Below, piece after piece: positions 41,084-54,247 of a DNA stretch of 64,000 nt. How positions within the stretch are numbered: the stretch's first letter is position 1; each line of letters starts with the position of its first letter. The translations under genes and the position numbers were made by a program. Location: positions 12,276,001-12,340,000 of the forward strand of contig NC_043005.1 of the NCBI RefSeq assembly GCF_006345805.1, read 5' to 3'. Below the pieces are notes generated by a model. That model worked only from the letters and a program-made list of their open reading frames with translations. It did not search any database and was not told the DNA's origin. The DNA comes from Octopus sinensis. Taxonomy: Eukaryota.

Positions 41084-41087
<4 letters not shown>
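40776..41087. mobile_element. Penelope-like terminus with an inversion (same family as 20218-20510)
   Basis: 40776-40948 is collinear with 20285-20450. 40952-41087 is the inverted copy. The whole is flanked by (TA)n. Confidence 0.75.
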
Positions 41088-41114
<27 letters not shown>

Positions 41115-41117
<3 letters not shown>

Positions 41118-42108
41118 ATTACAGATACAGGGTGAAATATAACTAATTTAATAAAATCACCAAATTTCACCTAGTAGTATTTCGATATGGAAAAGGACCC
41201 TATTCGGTAAAAATTCATATAATTATAATAATAAAGGTTTTTTGCAACAAGTTGCTTTACCATATACCGAAAATTTGAGAAATAGTAGCCAAAAGACTAC
41301 TATTTCCTTTTACTATAAAAATAAGTCTCCACAGAGAACAATATTTGTAACTCACATATGGTAAAAAAGAAGAAAAATAATGAAATCACACAGTCTTCGA
41401 TTAATTACGTGCGTCCATAATTAATCGAAGACTGTGTGATTTCATTATTTTTCTTCTTTTTTGCCATATGTGAGTTACAAATATTGTTGTCTGTGGAGAC
41501 TTATCTTTGTAGTAAAAGGAAATAGTAGTCTTGTCGCTGCTATTTCTAAAATTTTCGATATGTGGTTAAGAAACTTGTTGCAAAAAACCCTTATTATTAT
41601 AATTATATATATATATATATATAGTCATTACAGATACAGGGTGAAATATAACTAATTTAATAAAATCACCAAATTTCACCTAGTAGTATTTCGATATGGA
41701 AAAGGACCCTATTCGGTAAAAATTCATATAATAAAGGTTTTTTGCAACAAGTTGCTTTACCATATACCGAAAATTTGAGAAATAGTAGCCAAAAGACTAC
41801 TATTTCCTTTTACTATAAAAATAAGTCTCCACAGAGAACAATATTTGTAACTCACATATGGTAAAAAAGAAGAAAAATAATGAAATCACACAGTCTTCGA
41901 TTAATTACGTGCGTCCATAATTAATCGAAGACTGTGTGATTTCATTATTTTTCTTCTTTTTTGCCATATGTGAGTTACAAATATTGTTGTCTGTGGAGAC
42001 TTATCTTTGTAGTAAAAGGAAATAGTAGTCTTGTCGCTGCTATTTCTAAAATTTTCGATATGTGGTTAAGCAACTTGTTGCAAAAAACCCTTATTATTAT
42101 AATTATAT
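41115..42108. repeat. Tandem duplication of a ~500-bp unit containing a ~190-bp-arm palindrome
   Basis: Units start GTCATTACAG at 41115 and 41624. Arms are 41217-41407 / 41418-41608 around the loop CGTGCGTCCA. The second unit differs by a 9-bp deletion and at least one substitution. Confidence 0.95.
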
Positions 42109-42707
42109 ATATATATATATATACTGGCTGTGGCACATTTTTACCACGTATTTTGTATATAGAAACAACTTATTCGATGTGTCTCTCCTGAAGCTATGTT
42201 ACACAACTAATTTCTTTCTCTTTTTTTGTAATTAGTTGCAATATTTTGCATTGTGATTTCCAAATGTGGCGAGGTCGATTATCTCTTCTCAACCTCGAGG
42301 CTTTGGGAGATCTCACTCAATATATAAGAAATCCCACTATTTATTGGGACTCTTTAGACTCATTTAGAACCGATTTAATTCATGAAACCATTCCATTATG
42401 ACATTTATTATGATGGATTGACAAAACAATGAGCTGGAAGAATTGTTAGCATACCGGTGAAACCGCTTGGCAGCATTTCGTCCGTTTTCCCGTTCTGACT
42501 TCAATTTCCGCCGATGTCGACTTTGCCTTTAATCCTTTCGGATATCGAGAAAATAGGACATAATTGACCAGCCCTCCGCCACTAATTTTCTGGCATGGTG
42601 CCTATAGTAAAAATGACTATTACGGGTCGGCAGGTTAGTCACTAATGGGGAACATTTAATATAAACGCACGATAATCCTCTTCCACAAATTTCAGGCCAT
42701 GTACCTT

Positions 42708-43128
42708 TCTCTTTTACTCTTTTACGCTTTTATTTGTTTCAGTCATTTGACTGCGACCATGCTGGAGCACTGCCTTTAGTCGATCAAATCGACCCCGGGA
42801 CTTATTCTTTGTAAGCCCAGTACTTATTCTATCGGTCTCTTTTGCCGAACCGCTAAGTAACAGGGACATAAACACACCAGCATCGGTTGTCAAGCAATGC
42901 TAGAGGGACAAACACAGACACACAAACATATACACATACATACATATATAAATATACATATATACGACAGGCTTCTTTCAGTTTCCGTCTACCAAATCCA
43001 CTCACAAGGCTTTGGTCGGCCCGGGGCTATAGCAGAAGACACTTGCCCAAGATGCCACGCAGTGGGACTGAACTCGGAACCATGTGGTTGGTTAGCAAGC
43101 TACTTACCACACAGCCACTCCTGCGCCT
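42708..43128 (-). mobile_element. SINE family A, full length
   Basis: Near-identical to 32108-32521. Confidence 0.93.
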
Positions 43129-44399
43129 ATGCACCTATATAAGAAATTTAAAGAAGGGCTTGACAGAACCGTTAGAACGTCAGACTCCCTCTCAAAGCGA
43201 TTTCTAATCTTATACTAATATGAGATATAAAGAAGCGACAGACTGTTAGAATTTTCTTTGTTACAAAGAAGTTCAACTTCTGAGTTCAAGATAGGTCGCG
43301 GTCAACTTTGTATTTTATACCACCGGATTTCATTAAATAGAGAACAGACTTCGAATTAATCAACAAACAGCCAACCACAAAATTTCTGTCCTTGTGCCTA
43401 TACTAGAAACAATTATTATATATTATAATCATTCGTGTACATCTTTATTACTGTTCGGATATTTTTCGATTTCTTCCTCTCTGTCTATTTCTCTTTGTAT
43501 TTTTCATTTCTTTTATTCGTTATCTCTTTCCTCGTTCAGTTATGTGTTTCTTTTCTTACAATTTATTTTTTATTAAATAAACAGTAAAAGAAAAATGATG
43601 TTGTTATCTCTGAACAACAATGTTTTCAATCAAACCTTGACCTTGGCGACTGTGAGGAATTATTTTTTCCGAACAAAAGGAAAAAAGCTTCTACTTGCTG
43701 GATAAAACAAGATTAGACTGACTTTACAGGTCAATCAAATTTCAACATCCATCTTTTATTTCGATAGTTCGAAAACACAAAGTCTTATCTATTTTAATCA
43801 AATTTTCCTTTGATTTATTTATTTATTTTCATGTTAACTACAGAATGAAAGACTACAACAACAACAACAGCAGCAACAACAAAAATAATAATAAAAAAAT
43901 AATAATAAACTAAAATGTTTTTTTGTACTGTAAGAAAAGAAATCATTGTTAAGCTGTTTATATTCTCTGTAGGAAGACTCTGTCTGGATGTTTGTAAGTT
44001 TTTGGAGTCACATATATGAACAAGTATAATTATGTGTGGGTGATTAAGAAATTCGATTTGCATCTGCATCGCTCTGAGTTCGAATAATCTGCGTGAAATC
44101 TCGGGAAATATAATATCTACTCCTTAGTTTCGGGTTTAGCAATCCTTCATGTCTAGATTTACGTGTTAGGAAACTATGCCATACAGCATGGTGCACTTGA
44201 ATCTTTGTCTCTCTAACTATCAAACTATGTATATATATAGGTTATGAGATGTAATAGTGTCAATAAGACCCAAATGTATCAGGTAATGCTGAGTAAGTGC
44301 TATGGACAAACTATAGTTAAGCTCCAGATTCGGCGATTATGCGAATAAGGAGTCCAACGAAGGTAATATATCAGCATGTGTATATATATATATTTTTTT

Positions 44400-45190
44400 T
44401 CAGAATGAGATAAAAAAACCCAAGGCTGTGAAGATTTTAGAGCATTTATAGGTATAAGGTCTTACAGCTTTTCCCGGAATAATTGTTATATCCCTTCATC
44501 GGAGACGGTGTGAGAAAATGGTTAAGCAATAGTTAATTTAGATATGAAACAGAGAGTGAAGTGGAGGAATGAAAATAGATGTGAGATATGCAGGGATATT
44601 GTATTTGAAGATCTATTATTTAGGCAGAATGGTATACATATAAGATTCCAATACCTAGTGAGTAAATTACAATAGTATTTAAAATTGGTCATTCCAAGTA
44701 TAGAGTTTGTACACAGTGCTATTGAACCGAGGGTTTATTTAAAATGACCTATAAGTAGGGAATATATTTGTAAGGTCAAATGGAAAACAGGAAGAGAGAA
44801 ATAAAGAAAAAAGAAGGAAAAAGGAAAAGAAAAGAAAAATGAAAAGCAAAGAGAGAGATAATAAAGAAATGAAGAGAGGGAAAGTGTACCAGTTAGTGGT
44901 CAGTCAATATAAATTGATAGTAGGAATGCGCAGGTAAGGTTGATAGAGAAAGAAAGGTATGAGTGTGTAAAATGATGATAGGGTAAAGAGTAAGGGAGTG
45001 TCAGACAGAAAGAAGGGGATGAGAGAGAGAGAGGTATAATAATATAAAAGAAAAGGAGTGCCAGGTATGTAGTGTTAGAGCCTATGTGATGGGGCAGAGA
45101 GAGGGTAGGAGTAGTAATATGGTGGATGGAAGAGTTTGGGAATTTAGATTAGGTTGGTTGCAGAGATCAGTGCTTAGTAGTAGAAGAAAA
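44400..45190 (-). mobile_element. Inverted Penelope-like 3' terminal region with hammerhead-like motif (44459-44506)
   Basis: About 44985-45125 is a diverged reverse complement of about 47118-47260. Minus strand GTCT-CCGATGA-A-GGGAT..ATTCC-GG-GAAA-AGCTGTA-AGAC. Confidence 0.75.
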
Positions 45191-45228
45191 TATATATGTG
45201 AAGATGTATACAGATGCATATATTAAAC

Positions 45229-45287
<59 letters not shown>

Positions 45288-45410
45288 TAGTTATAAACAT
45301 CAACATCTACACATACAACTCGTACTCATATGTATATGTACATATGCATACCCATATATACGTGTGTCTGTATATATTATCGCCCCTGCACACGCATAAA
45401 CACATACATT

Positions 45411-47310
45411 CACAAATTCTTCTCTCACCTAAACCTATCTATCACATACTAAAACGCTCACAGAACTGCTAACTTTCTTGACGCAACTCTAAACTTATCA
45501 ACCTCCCAATACTCCCCTTACCACAAAGGTAACCACTATCTTAAATACCTTAATATCCACTCCAATCACCACAAATCCTCTTTCGGTAACATAATCAAGG
45601 GCATCTCAATCCGCATATCCGATCTCTCTTCCAGTGAGGACATTTTCAATAATCACGCACCATATTACAATCAAGCACTCGCCGCTAGCAGCTTTTCCCA
45701 ACAAATAGAATGCATCCATAACACGTGACTCAAACAATGTATATCTCAAATCGTATCTTAAACACGCACCTATCATCACAATCACAACCAGCCACACACA
45801 TTCGTCGATGGAACCCTGGAAGGTCTTATACCTAAGCAATCTAGACCCCACACACATTCATTTAACACAAGGTCAAAAAGTTAAAACAACTAAAACTGCT
45901 AACAACAACAGGCCTCGCCACCCACAAACATTCTCCAAAAATATAGATAACACTCCTTTATCTACAACTTAGATAGCACTACTCACAGATACCCTAAAAA
46001 CCGCAGCGGACGCTTTTGTGGTACATCCCCCCCCCCATTATCACTTGAAGTTAAGACCTTAGCTATATCCTTCTTTAAAATACTAGACTCTAACTTCCCT
46101 CGGCATTCTATCTTTAATCGATCCACCCTGAAACTATCTTATTCTATCCCACCCAACTTCGAATCTATTGTAGCAGCCTCTAATAAGCAAAAGCTTTCTC
46201 TTTATTATCAAAACTCACATAATTACAACTTTAATTATACGAACACTCAACACACACACACAGCTCCAGCACAAATAACCTTACATTAGACCACAACCAC
46301 AACCCAACCCATCCTACTGACACTGCCCGGAACACCACCACAATCTAAACACCCTTAGAAATAGTACAATTAATAACAACAATAGTAATAATAACAATGA
46401 TGTTAATGATAACGTTAATAATACTAATCATCTATAATCTACCCGCTTCTCTAACCTATCTACTGACGATATTACCTCCTCTATTCCTGAACACATTCCT
46501 CAAAATTCACCTAAGTGTAACTGCCGTCCTGGAAGTATATCTGCTCGTTACAAACCCATTGCAGAAGATATAATGTAATTTACAAATTCACTGCCCTTAA
46601 CTTATTACACAACTCTACAGCCTATGCACATGATCAACCAAAAGTTTTAAGCAATGATATGCCGCTCAACTCCATTCTTTTAGATACGATAAGCATAGTA
46701 AATTTACAACACTCACCAACCACATACATCATCTCAAAAATACAAGTATACCCTATAATCTATCATGGTCCATACTGTTTTCAGGGCTTCCTACCGAGGT
46801 AAAAGCTCAACCTACAAGTGTTGTCTGAAGGAGGCACTTCACATTAAAGCACAACTCTCCAGCACTGCTAAATAAACATAATGAGGCACTAAGCACATTC
46901 AACCACCGATTTCTTCACACATTCAAATTCTACCACAAATCCAAATGCCTAAGTGACCATAGAGTATATTTCCACAATACACCTTAGGTAATCCCAATAA
47001 CCTTATAAATCTATATTTTAACTCCTAGTCCCTATCTAATTCCTCTTTCATACTCGAATATCACAACCATCTAATTATATTCTTGTGTATATGCCTGCAT
47101 ACATATGTACGTGTGTATCACCATATTACTACCCCTACACCCTTCTCTCTGCCCCATCACTATTCTCTATCACTACATACTTGACACTCCTTTTCTTTTA
47201 TATTATTATACCTCTCTCTCTATTACCCCATTCCTTCTATCTGACACTCCTTTACTATTTACCCTATCATCTATTTACACACTCATATCTTTCTCCCTCT
47301 ATCTAAAATT
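45411..47310 (+). mobile_element. Degenerate Penelope-like element (Neptune-type): RT thumb, linker, GIY-YIG region and 3' region
   Basis: TANFLDATLNLSTSQYSPYHKGNHYLKYLNIHSNH...ISIRISDLSSSEDIFNNHAPYYNQAL from 45465. Later LWYIPP..SLEVKT...ILDSNFP..IFNRSTLKLSYSIPPN, KCNCR, TTLTNHIHHLK..IPYNLSWSI and CLKEALHI. Many stops and frameshifts. Confidence 0.88.
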
Positions 47311-48249
47311 ATATATATAAACAAACAGAGAGAGAGAGAGAGAGAGATGGGAGAGAGATACAACATACATACATACATACATACATACATACATACATAC
47401 ATACATACATACATACATACATACATACATACATACATACATACATAGAAAGAAAATGAGAGAGGAAGAGACAGAAAGAGTCGGAGTCAAAATGTCTTAG
47501 AACAAATTTAGATGTAATTTTACCTTCATCACCTATTAATTATAGCCTAGAACGATCTCAGCAATTTAACAACAGTTTTGCTCGTTTCATAATGTTAGAA
47601 TCTTCAGATGATTGTAAACAAATGTTAATGAAATAGAAATTACAAAAGTAAGCACTACGATGACTTTTATACGAAGATAAACTAAAATTTAAGTCTGTCA
47701 TCTTAATAAGGATGATACGGAAAATGATTAGTTTATGAATAAGACAAACATACCAGCCAGAGAGAGACAGTGAGTGGGGAGAGAGAAATGACATTGTGCG
47801 TCTTATGTATGGCTTGAAACAAACGTACGAACGTATAAGGAAAATTTTGTATATTGGTAACACTAATGGAAAAAGAAATGAGGAATCGATTGTTAAGAGG
47901 ATGGCTCTTAAACAAGTAAAGAGCGATACAGCAAAGGACAAAGTGACGTCTATCAAATCAAAGCCTGAATAGAAACCAACAGTGAGGCACAGTGGCATAT
48001 GTATAAATATATATAGACGTGTACTCACACGCACTTATATATGCATATATATATACAAAAGCGCGCACAAAATCATACATAATATGTGTGTTTGATTCTG
48101 TTATACCGAGAGCATCTCACCAGTGTCTTTTAGTAACGACTATTCGGCAATATCTACTTCTTTTCCCTTATTATTGTACTTCTGGATAGATTTGACTTTA
48201 AATTGTATCCATTCTTCGCCAAATGTTTTTTCAAAATTGAAGCCTGTGT

Positions 48250-49400
48250 CAACTGATTGTCACACGATAAATATACCATATTCCCATACGATATGCTTTC
48301 GATAGATGTTGCTTCAAAGCCGTTGTTCGGTAAATCTTATTCCACAGAAACTCATTTTCCTTAACATTTTGATATACGTTCGATTTAGCTTGTCATCCAT
48401 TGCTTTCATAATCGTTCATCAAACAACGCCATATTTCATAATGTTTTCTACAGTGAATTCAAAGAACTGTATTTTGTAGGCTTTTGCTTTACCTTATTGT
48501 GGACATGTTTCTTGTTTACCATGCCAACTACATTGTTATTTCATTGTGTCCTTTTGAGCATTCTATTCATGGACTTAAAAACCTGAAACTACAGTATTTA
48601 CTCATTTCACTGTCCATCTTTTCATAATTTAATGTGTTTTTTTTTCAGTGAACTCTAATCTATAAGCTCAGTTTTCTTGTCGTTGGCTGATATACAATAT
48701 CATCAACATATTGCAGTAGTGACCGAAGTTATAAATAAAAGATATAACATAAGTTTATCTGTGTCAATAATCGTAGGAGCAGAATGACGTCTGCTTTCTC
48801 GAGGTGATATTATGAATCCTGTTTATTCTGCATTCGATGTTAAAATTTCTGATGACTAATCCAAGTATAAAATGGAATAAAATGCTAGAATGTCACCTTA
48901 TAGTGCACATACCAGGGTGACGAGGAAATCTGTACCATATACGGATGATAAAACAAGAACGGCGTGATCTTAGTAGGTGTTCTTTATATCTATGGTGGTG
49001 CCTAGGATATATGCTCTAAGAATATACATCAGTTTAATACGGTAAGCTAGGTCGAGTGATATGCTACAGCCTCCATACTCTTATATATGTTACTTTCAAT
49101 AGGCCTTTGTATTACCACAATTTGCGATGATGTTTATGTCCAAGAGAAAAACAATTTTGACTTATTCGCAAAATGTTCCTTATCGGTTATTCTATTAAAA
49201 ACAATATTTTGATGTGGATTTTAGTTTATCATAGCTTATAAACGAAAACTTCTGCATTGCGTAACATAGTACCACGCTTCGGATTGGTACTAGACTATTT
49301 TTCACCCCACTATCAGCTTTTTCCTGGCGAAATATCTTATTAGAAAGTACAAGTGATAGATCTAAAAGAGCTCCATTTTCCATGATACCACTTGTCTACT
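48250..49400 (-). mobile_element. Ancient RTE-type LINE reverse transcriptase remnant
   Basis: Minus-strand fragments in collinear RT order: NRI...ILRISQNCF...SSQIV; ILRAY; GTDF...L*GDILAFY; LQYVDDI (48689-48720); YKIQFFEFTVENIMKYG...TIMKAMDDKLNRTYIKMLR. Confidence 0.7.
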
Positions 49401-50084
49401 GCAAATATATGTGGCATTAATATTTCAAAAGGGCTTTACACAATTCTTCAGCTTATCATTCATGAAGACATTTGTATTTCTAGATAAGGTTTCATTTTCA
49501 TCATTAATGGTACTCTGTTCTGTGATGTTTGGTTGCTTTCCAACTGAGTTTGAGCATTTCATATCTCTTTGTTATTTTCTTTCTAGATAGTTCACATTTA
49601 ATTTTTTTTCCTCAATGTCTGTTCTTTCTCTTTTTTACAAATTTTATAGTTTATCATGTTAGAAACAATTGCTGGTTGTCTGAAACAAAAATCATACGTG
49701 TTTTAACTAGAAGATAATCTCCAGGATCTAGTTGTTAGTTGACATTTTTCATTGCTCATATTTTTTAATTTTCTGAATTTACTCAAGTATATATTTACAA
49801 ATGTATGTGTATATTAGAATATGCTTTACAAATGTAAATGCTTACTTATAAGTGCGTGTGTATGTGTGTGTGTGTGTGTGTATGTGTGTGTGTGTGTTTG
49901 CGTGTGTGTGTATTTATTTTCGTGTTCATGTTCAGCTACAATAAAAAAACAATTTACATTAATCTGATGGGATACTCTATACTTTCTAACACACATACAC
50001 TCGCTCTCTCTCTCTCTCTTTCTCTCTCTCTCACGCACACATACAGATATGTATATTTATACATATATAGACACATACACACCC

Positions 50085-50128
<44 letters not shown>

Positions 50129-50512
50129 CAGATAGATATGCCTATACCTATATAGATACGTAAATGTCGGGCAATGAGAATGAGTGCTTAATGCCGCATT
50201 TATGGATAAAGATTCTCTATTTGTGTATTTAGGCTATCATTGGTTTCATGTGAAAAAAATTACTTACATATCATGCAGTAAAGATTTTGACTACACGCAC
50301 TCACACACACACACACACACATATTCACACATACGAAGGTCACACCTCCAAGCTGGCAAGACTTTTGATATTAAAAATGACCTAATGATCTTAAGCGGTC
50401 TTGTTTCATTTGACCCCCCTCCCTCCACTACCTCCACTAGTCGGCAATTTAAGAGATATATGTTTATGTCTGCCTGCATGGTCGGCTCTCGGCGGTGTCT
50501 ATGTCTGTCTGC

Positions 50513-50556
<44 letters not shown>

Positions 50557-51074
50557 GCATATCTACGTATGCGTCTATATATCTATAATGTATCTGTATA
50601 TATCTTATATGTTGAAACAGCGTCTGTGTCTGTGTTTTGTTGTGGCGAAAAAATACTTTTTCTTAGAATAGTTTGCACAACATTTTTTAAAGAAATCTGG
50701 ATATCTTTCTTACTGATAAACACTTAGCTTCAAATTATAATATTTGTTGGAAGTCAAGTAGATGTACATATAGTGTTATCGTATAGTGAAAGTTCAATAG
50801 GAAGTTTTGAACTCATTATCTTGTGGTTAGTAATCCATTACCTTAAATTTGAAGCCATTAAGACATTTTAAACATTTTTTTACTGGGTTTAGTTTATCGA
50901 CAGTTGCTATGATAGTATATCGCCTTCAAAAGTTTAATTGACCATACTGACCTCTGTACGTATTTGAATCTGGCATTTATTTTATAGATCTCTGCTTGAT
51001 GAACTGCTACTTTTGAGACATAGTAAGTTACAATACTCGATTTAACAAAAAATGTAAACACACATACACATATA

Positions 51075-51226
51075 ATAGGTGCATGAATGACTGTGTTGTT
51101 TAGAAGTTCGCTTCCCAGCCACATTGTCCCACGTTCAGTCCCTCTGCATGGTACCTTGGACCAATTTTTCCAATATTGTCCTCGGCCAACAACAGAACTG
51201 GGGCTGAATTTGGTAGACGGAAACTG
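51075..51226 (+). mobile_element. SINE family A head fragment
   Basis: AGGTGCATGAATGACTGTGTTG...CACGTTCAGTCCC...GAATTTGGTAGACGGAAACTG. Confidence 0.75.
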
Positions 51227-52217
51227 CAGCATTGTTCATCAGAAAATCACCGAAAATCATGTTTATAATGAACAGCGGTGTGAATTACTGCATTATCATC
51301 CTGAAAGATTACGTTTCCCGCCGGAAACAGTCCCACAATCATAGGATTAATTTGACCTGATAACATGCTTAAATAGTCTTGACTATTAATTCTGACATGA
51401 AGGGAAACCATTGGGCCGGAGGATTTCCAAGATACAGCCCAACTCCACCCCACCAGATCATCACAGATCCTCCTCCATGTTTAAGAGTTTGAAGAATGCA
51501 GTCTGGGTCAAATATTTCTTTTGGCTGTCTGCACACGTATACTCAGCTGGTGGCCGGAAATAAGGTAAAGGATGACTCGTCAGAGAAAATAACATACTTC
51601 CACTGCTCTAGGGACCAATTCTGTAGGTTTTTACTCCACTCTAAACGCTTTGCAACGTTTGTCTTTGAAAGTAGTGGTTTTCTGATTACAGCCCTCCTGC
51701 GATATCTGGCTTTGTGTAGCTCCCGGTGAACAATGTTTGTAGAAACTGGGTTTTCAGGGTGGTTATTTAGCTCTGCAGGAATTTTGGGAGCTTTACATTT
51801 GTGATCCTTTCTAGCGTAAGAATTTCGCTGGTCCTTAGCTGGAAGTTTTGGTTTTCTTCCGGAGTTTTGTTTCGACGAGTGGGTTTTTCCCTCTTTCTCA
51901 AAGGCTGTCATTACTTTCGATACAGTACTTCTTGATACACTAACCAGTGCGGCTGTTTTCATTACGCTAGCGCCTGCCATACGAGCACTAACAATTTGAC
52001 CTCTTTGTATGTCCGACAGATCTGTCATTTTAATGAATTTAATTTCCTTTTTACTGATGATATCTGAAAAAGAACAGCAATTGTAGCAAAACATATTAAG
52101 CAACACTAATAATAAATCAACAAACATAAAAATACACTAGCTTTTGATAGTTTTATAGATATTTCAAAATTATGATGCTATGATGCTAGTAGTTCCCATT
52201 ATTTTGTGTTACCCCTG
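51227..52217 (-). mobile_element. Tc1-family transposon, 5' TIR present, 3'-truncated, disrupted transposase
   Basis: End TA|CAGGGGTAACACAAAATAATGGGAAC. MTDLSDIQRGQIVSARMAGASV...VSRSTVSKV...SGRKPKL (paired-like HTH, GRPR-like motif), WKYVIFSDES (first D) and IFQDDNAVIHTA (second D). The third catalytic residue is absent. Confidence 0.93.
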
Positions 52218-52405
52218 TATACACACACACACATACACAGATAGATAGTAACAGAGAGAGAGAGAGAAGGATAGAGAGAGAGAGAAAGAGCGTCGTTACA
52301 CCTTTCGATTGTTTGAAGATGCATTCTGCTTTCCTGACACCGGTCTCTGAGGGATTGTAATGAGTCAATGGCACCGTCTTCCTCCAAACGAATGGATAAG
52401 GGGTG

Positions 52406-52483
<78 letters not shown>

Positions 52484-52494
52484 TATATACATAT

Positions 52495-52527
<33 letters not shown>

Positions 52528-54247
52528 CGCGTATACACACACACGTATATATATATTTAAACATTTATATATATATATACATAGATATATGCGTGTATGT
52601 ATGTATACATATATATATGTGTCCGTATGTGTATGTATTTATCTGTTTATAAGGAACAGTTCTTGGTGTGTAATTTTTAAAGACTTTTGCAGCTTTTTTT
52701 ATGGATAAATTTTGTAAATTCACTTTTATCATCACTACAGCCTGTCTCAAACTCATGCTCAGTGTATGGAGAGATGTTGACTTCTGTACCGCCTCCAAGT
52801 CAACAAGTACTATTTTAACCTTCAGACTTTTATGGTACCAGATATGTGTCATAATGTCTGTGATGTGTGTCTGTTGTTCGTGTGTTAAATCTCGCGAAAA
52901 TTAGCACACAAACACATTAACAAAGGCCATTCAGCCATGAACAAGTATTAACAATATGTGACAACTTCAAACTAATCATCTCTAAAAAATTAATGTTTCA
53001 TTAAAAGCTTGACATATACATTCAACAGGTTAACAACTAAATACTCTTACAATCAAGTCTTTAACAGCCATCTCAGAACTACATTCACACCAAGAAAACT
53101 ATCCTGTCATGACATCAATATTTTCAGACACAATAGGACATCAATATTTGCAATCACAATAGGACAAACATTACAGCAAACTTCATCCACTAATCAACCT
53201 TTATTAGATGAACGGATACATTATGTTGTTGTTGTTGTTGTCGTTGTTATGGTTATATTTTGCCATATAAACACCCACACTATATATTTGGTCTTCACTT
53301 CATTAAGTTTCTGTCAAAGCTCTTTCATCACCCATCCTGTGAGCTTTTCAACGACTGTTTATCCCACGTGTCTCCTCCTGTTCTGCTTATGACATTTTTT
53401 CTGTCTTTTTATCTTACAATAAATGTAAAACAACATAACGATATGAGCGATAGGAAAGAGCTGGGTGTAATGAGAATACCTGTACACATTTTATCTAGAA
53501 AGGATGCAATATATTTGAGATAAGCAAACGTCATAAACCCCGCGGCAAAATTTTCATTACTAGAAAACAACATTCAGATCATGCCTGATACTGTAAAGAG
53601 ATGGAAATCTGATAAATGTTAACACATTCTTCTTTGGAAAGATGTTTGTGTTATTGCATGAAAACGCAAGCATGCTTACAGAAAGAATGCACAAGTAGCA
53701 ATTTCGTACGATCCTTCTACAAAATCTCCGTGCAGCAAAGTATATATGCCCAAATTGACGACTACGAAGTCATATCATAGTGCACAAGCATGTGATTAGA
53801 AATATAAGCACAATTAATTGTGAAGCAGATAACGAGTACTGTCAACAATACTTGTCTTAAAAAGCAATCAACTGATGGCTATTTTCTCTAGGAGATGATT
53901 CCAGATGATGATGATCAATATAAATATGTGGGTGGGTCTTTGCTTATACTTTTATGTTACTGGTTTCACCCAGAGAGTGAGGTCATTCTGGGGCAACACC
54001 GTTTTGTGTGATTGTCTTTCTATTTTGTATTATTTCAGATACCTTAGCGAATTGAACAGAGCTGCACTTCATTGTACTTCCTGCCGCATTATTTGTTCAT
54101 CTGATATCGCAAAAAGAAATTCATCTGGAAGTTCCCTGATGAACACCACATCTTCTGAGGTTATATGACAGAAAGTTTGTTAGATTTGGGTCCTTGGAAT
54201 CCAAACAACTACATTAGCATAGACACACACGCAAGCATAAATATATA

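Noticed and set aside
41115-42108. CRISPR-like or prokaryotic regulatory interpretation of the repeats
   Set aside because: No short repeat-spacer periodicity, and the context is clearly eukaryotic repeat DNA.
54020-54170. Possible exons with TTTCAG acceptors (also about 32713, 34663 and minus-strand 25010)
   Set aside because: Splice-like motifs are common in AT-rich DNA and the translations show no recognisable protein. Small or non-coding exons cannot be excluded without RNA-seq.
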